Shown one piece after another: positions 26,822 to 34,034 of a stretch of DNA of 36,127 bases. A program made the translations under genes and the position numbers. Source of the DNA: Anaerolineae bacterium (GTDB taxonomy: Bacteria; Chloroflexota; Anaerolineae; DRVO01); contig JAPWUW010000003.1 in assembly GCA_028275325.1 (NCBI GenBank), positions 1-36,127 on the forward strand, in the 5' to 3' direction. Below the pieces are notes generated by a model. The model searched no databases. It was not told the origin of the DNA and worked only from the letters and a program-made list of their open reading frames with translations. The first letter of the stretch is position 1, and every line of letters starts with the position of its first letter.

Positions 26822-27475
26822 GTGAAGGGCCATTTGTATGAAGTGACGTGGGCGCGTGGGCCAGCCATAAAGTACATCTCGCACTTGGACTTGATGCGCA
26901 CCTGGGAGAGGATGCTGCGCCGTGCCCGGCTGCCACTGCTCTACACCCAGGGCTTCAACCCCCGTCCACGCCTTTCCTTCGCAGCTGCTCTACCCGTTGG
27001 CATTCTCGCTGAAGCAGAGCTCGCCTTCTTCGCCCTGCGCGAGGACGTGGATCCACAGCGCGCGCTGGCAGCACTGCGGCAGCAGGCGGTCACTGGCCTT
27101 TGCGTGCGAGCGCTGCGCTCCCTCCCCGCAAACACAAACCCGCCCCAAGCGAGGGCTGCCCTGTACCTTGTGCGTCCCTCGAAAGAAGGCTTGCCCGCGG
27201 ATCTGGCAGAGCGCGTACATGCTCTGCTGGCACAGGAAAAGCTCTTGTCCGCCAGGCGCACGCGAGAGGGCGCTGAACAGCTGCTTGACCTGCGCCCCCT
27301 GATCGAGGAATTGCACCTGACAGAATGCCCGCCGCCCTCTCTCCACATGCAGCTTAGCCTCCGCCCAGGCGCTACCGCCAGGCCGGAGCAGGTCCTTGAG
27401 TTGCTCGGCCTGGATCCTTATGAGGCTGAAATCACCAGGCTTCGCCTAATCTTGGTCGGCCCAGTGGCGTCCTGA
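26822..27475 (+). CDS. TIGR03936/DUF2344 radical SAM-associated protein
   Basis: YISHLDLMR.WER.LRRA.LP..YTQGFNPRPRLSFAAALPVG; adjacent to its usual partner. Confidence 0.9.
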   Translation: MKGHLYEVTWARGPAIKYISHLDLMRTWERMLRRARLPLLYTQGFNPRPRLSFAAALPVGILAEAELAFFALREDVDPQRALAALRQQAVTGLCVRALRSLPANTNPPQARAALYLVRPSKEGLPADLAERVHALLAQEKLLSARRTREGAEQLLDLRPLIEELHLTECPPPSLHMQLSLRPGATARPEQVLELLGLDPYEAEITRLRLILVGPVAS

Positions 27476-28822
27476 TGGCTCGTCAACGAACGCGCTAATT
27501 GCCAGCAAGCTCAGGAAGAACCCGAAGTAGTTCTCATTGCAGAAGCGCGAGAGAAAGGAATAGGCACCAAAGAGCACGGCACAGCCGAACATCATTTGCT
27601 GCAATGTGTTATCCCGCCACTGCCTCCGCACAGTGCCAATGAGCAGAGGCAAGCACACAATGAGTTGCGGTATCCAGAAGGGGAAATAGGCTTGCTTGTC
27701 GGGCACAAGGCTCAACGCAAGCACCAGGTTGCTCAGGCCCCAGCCCCGAATCTGGTACGATGAGGGGGAGGTGCCCGCGCTCCATGCCCAGACATCGTCG
27801 AAGATCGCTCCCGGATCCCAAAGCACGAAGGGCAAAAGGATTACCACAAGGCAAGCAAGCGCCGGCCAAAACCGAGCGAGCACTACTCGCAGCCGCTGTC
27901 CTCCTCGCAACGCGTCTCCGGCCAGGTACGCTATGTAGTACGGCAACAGGAACCAGGCTGTGCTCTTGCTTGCCCATGCGAGTGCAAAGGCCAGCGATCC
28001 TAGAGCTGGGTGCCCCCTGCGCAGGCAGAACAGCCCAAGCACAAGAAGCGAGAGTATCAGCACATCGTTCATGCCAAAGATGACATCGCTGCCCATTATC
28101 GGGTTCAGGCCCAGGATGGCTGTGAGAAGCAAGGCCTGCCCGCGCCTGCTGCTCAGGGAAGGCACGAGCGCGAGCATGAGCGCATAGCAAGCAAGGTAGA
28201 GCAGGCGCTGGTCGTACCAGCCCAGCACCTTCTCGGCCATGGCCATCACGGGAGCGCTCAGCAAGAAGGTAAACGGTAGGTACGGATAGTGGTAGACTGC
28301 TGTGCGCAACTCCAAGCCCCACTCGGCCAGCGGTGTATTGCTGTAGTCTTCCCGGTAGGGGTTGAGCCCCCGCCGGAAAAGCTTCGCTGCCTCCTCCGTC
28401 TGGATCACGCCCCCATCGTGGGCAAAGGAAGCAGGACCTGTGAGGTGCCGCAGGCCAACAAGGTAAAGGGATTGCGCAGCAACGGTAACGGCGCAGATAG
28501 CGAGGATCAGCCCGAGCTTGAGCCGATAGGTCGCCACCTCTGGAAGACGCATTCTGAGTGCGTCAACGACGAGATAAAGGGCACTCAGCGCGAAGGCGGC
28601 AGTTATCGTGAGCAGGCTTATCGGGTCAGTGAGCCAGTTGCGCATCAGCGCCCAGGCGGAATCCGAAAGCAGCCGCCCCAAAACAGGCAATCGGCGGATC
28701 GTTTCCTCCGGCCGGGGCGCCACAAGATCGGCCAGTGTGTCGATCCGCACGCGGGCAATGAGCAAGGCCACGAGCAGCAAAGCATCAAACGACACTGGCG
28801 GCTGGTGGTTCGCCTTGGACAC
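27446..28822 (-). CDS. GT-C fold membrane glycosyltransferase (GT87/DUF2029-like)
   Basis: Many TM helices; HDG..QTEEA...GLNPY, YPYLP, GMNDV and WASKSTAW. Confidence 0.72.
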   Translation of the reverse strand: MSKANHQPPVSFDALLLVALLIARVRIDTLADLVAPRPEETIRRLPVLGRLLSDSAWALMRNWLTDPISLLTITAAFALSALYLVVDALRMRLPEVATYRLKLGLILAICAVTVAAQSLYLVGLRHLTGPASFAHDGGVIQTEEAAKLFRRGLNPYREDYSNTPLAEWGLELRTAVYHYPYLPFTFLLSAPVMAMAEKVLGWYDQRLLYLACYALMLALVPSLSSRRGQALLLTAILGLNPIMGSDVIFGMNDVLILSLLVLGLFCLRRGHPALGSLAFALAWASKSTAWFLLPYYIAYLAGDALRGGQRLRVVLARFWPALACLVVILLPFVLWDPGAIFDDVWAWSAGTSPSSYQIRGWGLSNLVLALSLVPDKQAYFPFWIPQLIVCLPLLIGTVRRQWRDNTLQQMMFGCAVLFGAYSFLSRFCNENYFGFFLSLLAISAFVDEPSGRHWADQD

Positions 28823-28826
28823 GGCC

Positions 28827-30305
28827 TCAATCCCAAAAAATGCGGCGCGGCTCGCTTGCCAGGCTCGTCTCAATGACCTTGCCAGTGACCGGATCGTCGC
28901 GCACAACGACAACCAACCAAGTGTACTCTCCCGAGCCACGCGGGGGCCCATTCAGGCGGTAGCGCGTCTCGGTGGAGCGCGCGATTCCCCAAGGGGGCTC
29001 CCCGGGTTTCCACATGCGGATGTCAAAGGATTCTCCCGGCTCGAGTGGTAGATCGTACTGCCAAACCAGCTCCACCGCTGCACCAGGGGGGAAACGAGTT
29101 ACATCCGCAGGCTCAAGGAGCCTTGGCGCCGGGTGCAAGGGCCGCGTCTCCGGTGTGGGCGTTGGCGGCAGGGCAATGGCCGTGGGGCTCTGACGGAGCG
29201 GCGGTGTCGAAGCTGGCTTCGGAGGGGTGGGAGTTGCTTGACCTGTCGGCGCAAGGCTCAGCGTCTCGGCTGGCTTGGGCGTCCAGATCGTCACAGGCGT
29301 TGAGAGAGCGGCCAGGAATTCAGCCGTCGCCGTGCGCGGGTCGGGTTGTGGCGTGGGCTTCTGGCTTGTACCTAGCCAGAACACCCCGCCAAGCATGCCG
29401 GCAAGCACCAGGCCGAAGCCGAATAGCTTTACTGCGCGGGGGGCGCGCGCAGCCCCCCTGAAAAAACCGCGCGCAACCTCGAGCACCGCATGTTGCAGCC
29501 GGGCACGGGCAGGCTCCGACTCATTCATCCTTTCGACAAAAGTGAGCGCGCTCTGAAAACGGTCTCCCGGTTCCTTGGCCAAGGAGCGCAAAAGCGCGCG
29601 AGCCGCATCCCGCCCAATGGCCTGGCGCAGGTGACGTGGCACCTCCGGAAGCAGGACTGCATGCGCGCGCCGCCACTCGTCTGCACTCTGCGCCTCGAAC
29701 GGAAGCCGGCCGCACAGCATCTCAAACGCGATGAGCCCCAGCGAGTATACATCGCACCATGGCCCCACTGGCTGCCCACTCGCCAGCTCCGGGCTCGCAT
29801 ATCGCTCGTCGGCAACAGTTGCCTTCTGGCCCCGTCGGCGGGCGTACCCGAGCCCGCAAAGGAAAACCTCCCCATCGCCGGAAAGGAGCACATGCTCTGG
29901 CGTGAGCGCACAGTGCACAAAGCCACGGGCGTGCAGTTGGTCGAGCCCTGCGGCCACACCCCTCAGCACAGCCAGCGCCTGTGCCCTCGGCAGAGGGCCC
30001 TCTGCCAGCAGCTCCCGAAGCGACCGCTCCACCCAGGCGGCAACCGCATACACGCGCCCATCGCTGCTCTGAGCCACTCGCCATGTCGGCCGCAAAGCCG
30101 TCAGGGACAGCGATTCGGCAATCTCTTTCTCGCGCCGCAGGTGCACAAGGGTGGCAGCCGATCCCTTTCGCGCGATCTTGAGCACGACTGGCTGACCCGT
30201 GCCAGCCATCGCCTGATAGACCTCAAACTTCTCCCCGCGCGCGATCAGCCGCAGCACCCTGTACTCATCAAAGGCCCGCAATGCCAGCGCCTCCATCAGC
30301 CGCAT
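28827..30305 (-). CDS. Membrane Ser/Thr (Hanks-type) kinase homolog, probable pseudokinase, with Pro/Thr linker and extracellular beta domain
   Basis: VVLK, YASPE, DVYSLGLIAFEMLCGRLPF and LAKEPGDRF, then TM, TPTP linker and a C-terminal domain. HRD and DFG are missing. Confidence 0.85.
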   Translation of the reverse strand: MRLMEALALRAFDEYRVLRLIARGEKFEVYQAMAGTGQPVVLKIARKGSAATLVHLRREKEIAESLSLTALRPTWRVAQSSDGRVYAVAAWVERSLRELLAEGPLPRAQALAVLRGVAAGLDQLHARGFVHCALTPEHVLLSGDGEVFLCGLGYARRRGQKATVADERYASPELASGQPVGPWCDVYSLGLIAFEMLCGRLPFEAQSADEWRRAHAVLLPEVPRHLRQAIGRDAARALLRSLAKEPGDRFQSALTFVERMNESEPARARLQHAVLEVARGFFRGAARAPRAVKLFGFGLVLAGMLGGVFWLGTSQKPTPQPDPRTATAEFLAALSTPVTIWTPKPAETLSLAPTGQATPTPPKPASTPPLRQSPTAIALPPTPTPETRPLHPAPRLLEPADVTRFPPGAAVELVWQYDLPLEPGESFDIRMWKPGEPPWGIARSTETRYRLNGPPRGSGEYTWLVVVVRDDPVTGKVIETSLASEPRRIFWD

Positions 30306-30335
30306 TTGCTCGCCAACGCGGTGGGCGACACCGCC

Positions 30336-30647
30336 TCACCGCCCACCAGCGCGAGCCTGCGCCCGCAGGGCCAACTCCAACTGCACCGCCGATCCGGCTG
30401 CGAGCACCATGCGCACCACCCACGGAACCCACACCGCATACTTGTCCCCAGCCAACCTGGGGCTCAGGTCGATGGGCAGTATGAGCAGAATGCTGGCCAG
30501 CAAAAAGCAGCGCGCCTCCCGAAACCGGCCCGCAACCAACCTTCCGACCCCGTATATCCCGACAAGGCCTGCCAGAAACTCCACAACAACCGTAAAGCGC
30601 AGCCCCCTCTTCTTCCTGAACTTTCGCTTCGGCCGGGCACTGGACAC
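30336..30647 (-). CDS. Small hypothetical membrane protein
   Basis: Basic N-terminus, EFLAGLVGIYGVGRL and 2-3 hydrophobic segments; fills the gap directly after araD. Confidence 0.6.
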   Translation of the reverse strand: MSSARPKRKFRKKRGLRFTVVVEFLAGLVGIYGVGRLVAGRFREARCFLLASILLILPIDLSPRLAGDKYAVWVPWVVRMVLAAGSAVQLELALRAQARAGGR

Positions 30648-30650
30648 AGC

Positions 30651-31313
30651 CTAGCAACCCCCAGCAGGCTGGCCGTACTGCTCGCGGTAGCGCCGGTGCA
30701 GCCGCTCTACCTCCTCAGGCGGCAAGGGCTGCACTTCCCCCAGCTGCAGCGAGAGCCACACTGTGCGCGCCACATCCTCTACCATCACTGCCGCCTTCAC
30801 CGCCGCCTCCGGGGTGGCACCAATGGCGAAGACGCCATGGTTGCGCATGAGGATAGCCGGCGAGTCGCCAATCGAGCGCAGGATCTCCACCCCGATCTCT
30901 TCTCCCCCGATCGGTGCATAGGCCCCCACGGGGATCGGCCCGCCAAACTCATCGCAAATCGCGGTAAGGCACGGCTCTATTGCCCGGCCCAGCGCCGCAA
31001 AGGCGGTCGCATACGGTGAATGGGTATGCACGACACCGCCGACATCCGGGCAGTGGCGGTAGATGTAAAGGTGCGTCGCTGTGTCCACAGAAGGCTTTCG
31101 CCTGCCCCATACAACCCTGCCATCAAGATCAACGATGACGATGTCCTCCGGCCGCAACAGCTCGTAGCGCACACCTGAGGGCTTTATGGCCACGAGGCCC
31201 GTCTCGAAATCACGGCCGCTCACATTTCCGCTTGTCCAGGTCACAAGCCCAGCATGCGGCAGCAGCAGATTCATCTTCCACACCAACCGTCTCAGCTCAC
31301 CAAGCATCACCAC
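30651..31313 (-). CDS. araD: L-ribulose-5-phosphate 4-epimerase / class II aldolase family
   Basis: LVTWTSGNVS, IKPSGV, PSVDTATH, HTHSPYATAF and NHGVF. Confidence 0.87.
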   Translation of the reverse strand: MVMLGELRRLVWKMNLLLPHAGLVTWTSGNVSGRDFETGLVAIKPSGVRYELLRPEDIVIVDLDGRVVWGRRKPSVDTATHLYIYRHCPDVGGVVHTHSPYATAFAALGRAIEPCLTAICDEFGGPIPVGAYAPIGGEEIGVEILRSIGDSPAILMRNHGVFAIGATPEAAVKAAVMVEDVARTVWLSLQLGEVQPLPPEEVERLHRRYREQYGQPAGGC

Positions 31314-31353
31314 AACCCCCAGTTGGAACTACGCCCCTCTGCTTCCTGAGACA

Positions 31354-32076
31354 TCACCTTCGCCTGCCTACAGGCACGACGTAAAGGGGCCTCTCGTCCT
31401 TCGGCAATGCGAGCACTCTACCGACCTCCTCATCGTCAAAGGCCCCCACCGGGACGCCGCCCAAGCCAAGCGCCACCGCCTGTAAAAGCAGGTTCTGGGC
31501 CGCATGGCCCACCTCCATGTGGACATAGCGTTCAGCACGCCGGCCATACCGCTGCGCTGTCCGCTCTAACACAGCAGCGAACACAAAGACAGCAGGCGCC
31601 TCCCGCACCCAGGGCTGGTTGAGGCATGCCCGCGCCAGGGCGATGCGCAAGTCATCAGAACTGACTTGCTCAAGTTCGTGCGCACCAGGGCGGTAGTGGT
31701 ACAGCCCCTGCGCAGTCAGCAAATAGGTTTCCAGAGGGTAAGTCGCGCCAGCTGATGGTGCAGTGCGAAAGCCACGGCTGTCCGTCACGCCCTGCGCCGC
31801 CCACAGCAACTGGCCAATCTCCTCCAAGGTGAGAACCCCAATGCCGTACTCCCGGACCGACCGCCGCCTGGCCAAAACCTCAGCCAGGCCAGCGCCGCCA
31901 GAGACCTGCGGCAGGGGCAGCTTGACGACTTTAATCTCCTGCGGCAGCTCGCCTTCTCGGGCCACTGTCCCCTCCTCCCTCACCGACTTTTGCCGAGAGA
32001 AGCAGCCACTCAGCCAGCCTCCGCACACCCAAGCGAAGGACGAAAGCACCGCTCGACGTGCAAACTGGCGCTTCAC
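31354..32076 (-). CDS. SagB/ThcOx-type nitroreductase-family dehydrogenase with putative Tat/lipoprotein leader
   Basis: RRSVREY, LLWAAQG, RTAPSAGATYPLE, EVGHAAQN and GAFDD; leader ARRAVL...WLSGC. Confidence 0.88.
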   Translation of the reverse strand: MKRQFARRAVLSSFAWVCGGWLSGCFSRQKSVREEGTVAREGELPQEIKVVKLPLPQVSGGAGLAEVLARRRSVREYGIGVLTLEEIGQLLWAAQGVTDSRGFRTAPSAGATYPLETYLLTAQGLYHYRPGAHELEQVSSDDLRIALARACLNQPWVREAPAVFVFAAVLERTAQRYGRRAERYVHMEVGHAAQNLLLQAVALGLGGVPVGAFDDEEVGRVLALPKDERPLYVVPVGRRR

Positions 32077-32107
32077 TGAGCTGTGTACCCCTCGGGCGAG
32101 TCCGCAT

Positions 32108-32926
32108 TCACTCAGGCTGGCACGACGGGCAGTAATACGTCGGCCGACCAGCGACCTTCACCTTGACGATCCGCGTGCCGCAGCGCTCGCATGGCTGCCC
32201 CTCTCTTTCTTTCACCCGGAAGTGCTCCTGATATTGGCCCTTGCGCCCATCCAGGTGGACAAAAGCCATCTCTGAAGAGCCTCCGTAAGCAATCGCCTCT
32301 TCCATGACGGTGCGCACCGCCGACGCGAGCCTCGCAAGCTCCTCAGAGCTAAGAGAAGAAGCCGGCCGACGTGGATTTATCCGAGCCAGGTACAGCGCCT
32401 CATCCGCATACGTGTTGCCAATGCCGCCAACCGCCTCCTGCTCGAGCAACACGGCTTTGATCGCCGCATTTCGTCTGCCAACGACCCTTTCAAGCTGTTC
32501 CGCGCTCAAGCCCTCCAGCAGTGGATCCGGGCCGAGCTTGGCGACTTCTTCCTGGGTGGCCACTTCCTCGCTGCGCAGAAGCCGCTGATGCTGCAAAGCC
32601 GTTCCGGAAAGGTATAGGCGGCTGCCATCGCTGAAGACCAAGGTCAAGCGTGGCTCGGGCGGAGGCTCACTTGTGAGCGCCGAATACCGCCATTGCCCCA
32701 CGAGCATGAGATGCGTGAGCAGCGAAAGCCCGTTGCTGAAATCAAGGGAGATCCTCTTGCCGAAACGCCTAACGCCAACCACGCGCTGACCCACGAGCTG
32801 ACCAAGCAGCTCGTGGCCAACCCCCAACCGCTGACCGGCAAAGGCTTCCACATGGCTCACTTCCTTGCCCACAACGTGCTGGCGCAGCTGCCGCGCCAGA
32901 ATCTCCACTTCAGGCAGCTCAGGCAC
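32108..32926 (-). CDS. Fpg/Nei family DNA glycosylase/AP lyase (MutM-like)
   Basis: PELPEVE, GK, LGPDPL, H2TH GIGNTYADEAL and zinc finger CERC...RPTYYCPSCQ. Confidence 0.9.
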   Translation of the reverse strand: MPELPEVEILARQLRQHVVGKEVSHVEAFAGQRLGVGHELLGQLVGQRVVGVRRFGKRISLDFSNGLSLLTHLMLVGQWRYSALTSEPPPEPRLTLVFSDGSRLYLSGTALQHQRLLRSEEVATQEEVAKLGPDPLLEGLSAEQLERVVGRRNAAIKAVLLEQEAVGGIGNTYADEALYLARINPRRPASSLSSEELARLASAVRTVMEEAIAYGGSSEMAFVHLDGRKGQYQEHFRVKEREGQPCERCGTRIVKVKVAGRPTYYCPSCQPE

Positions 32927-32943
32927 GAAGACCGCCCCCTTTC

Positions 32944-34020
32944 TCAGGCATAAATGGCCGAGCGCAACAGCTCGTCCTCAAGCTGGTAAAACCACTGCAG
33001 AGGCAGGACCCGCATGCGCAGGCCGACGTACCCGCTCGCGCGCTCACGCGCGTAATAGGTCAGCACCACCTCCCCATTCACGAAAGTAATGCTGGGGTAC
33101 GAGTAGTCGTAATCCGGATTGGCCTCCAAAGTGCGAAAGCGGCACCAGCGCTGTCCATCTGGCGATACAGCCGCGCGCAAAGGGCAGCGAAGGCCACCAT
33201 GAGGCATGCCGCGGTCGTAATTGTCGTTCCATACGAGAAGGAGATCCCCCCTGCCTGGCATTCGCCTCAGCGCGCAAGGCGCCTCCGGAGAGACGAGCTC
33301 GACAAGCTCTGGAGCTGCCCACGTCTCACCCCCATCGGTGGAGCGAGAGCGGTAGATGCGGCCCAGCTGCGAGCGCACAAGCATGACAAGAGAGCCATCA
33401 CCTAGCTCGGCCACTGCCGGCTCCATCGCTCCCCTCCGAGGCAGATCCACCCAAGATGAAGCCAGGCGCCACGAGCGCCCTTCATCGTCGGAGAGGAAGC
33501 AGCTACTCCGATAGTGCCCAGAGCCAACCTCCGGCCCCCGAGCATCCTCGCAGCGAGAGAAAGGCACAATGAGCCGGCCTGAGCTCAAGCGGCTTGCCCG
33601 GCTGTTGGCCACCACGTAGTAACCTGGCTCGGCATCGAGGGGGCTAGCGCCCAACCATGTCCGCCCCCCATCACTGGACCTCTTGACCCACACCTGGCAA
33701 TCCGTCGTCGAATTCTTGCGAAGGTAGAAAAGCAAGAGCTCACCGCTTTCCAGCACGAGCAACGAAGCTGACATGCAGTTGAGCGCAGCGTCGTTTTCCT
33801 GTAGCACCTCGTCATCCGTCCAGGTCCTGCCACGATCAGCCGAACGGCGCCCAACGATGGATGCTGGCTCGTCGTCTCTCAACCCCTCAAAGCGCGTGTA
33901 CGCGAGCAGCAGCGAGCCATCGGGCAGCACTGCTACGTCGGCCTCACTGTTCCGCGGGTACCGGCTGCTGGCTGCACAAAGCAAAGCTTCTATGCCTGCC
34001 ATACCGTTCATCTCCAACAT
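32944..34020 (-). CDS. Asp-box (BNR) sialidase-like glycoside hydrolase
   Basis: Asp boxes SADRGRTW, SSDGGRTW, SDDEGRSW, STDGGETW and SPDGQRW; RNSE, MEP and YSYP motifs. Confidence 0.85.
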   Translation of the reverse strand: MLEMNGMAGIEALLCAASSRYPRNSEADVAVLPDGSLLLAYTRFEGLRDDEPASIVGRRSADRGRTWTDDEVLQENDAALNCMSASLLVLESGELLLFYLRKNSTTDCQVWVKRSSDGGRTWLGASPLDAEPGYYVVANSRASRLSSGRLIVPFSRCEDARGPEVGSGHYRSSCFLSDDEGRSWRLASSWVDLPRRGAMEPAVAELGDGSLVMLVRSQLGRIYRSRSTDGGETWAAPELVELVSPEAPCALRRMPGRGDLLLVWNDNYDRGMPHGGLRCPLRAAVSPDGQRWCRFRTLEANPDYDYSYPSITFVNGEVVLTYYARERASGYVGLRMRVLPLQWFYQLEDELLRSAIYA

Positions 34021-34034
34021 GCAGGATATTCAGC

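Noticed and set aside
26814-26824. Stop read-through fusing the radical SAM and DUF2344 genes
   Set aside because: The genes are in different frames and the second has its own GTG; split forms of this pair are normal.
8811-31313. Pentose catabolic cluster (isomerase plus araD)
   Set aside because: The genes are 20 kb apart with no sugar kinase or transporter linking them.
24954-32076. RiPP cluster from the radical SAM and SagB/ThcOx genes
   Set aside because: No precursor peptide, YcaO, RRE or exporter is seen; both are widespread stand-alone families, on opposite strands.
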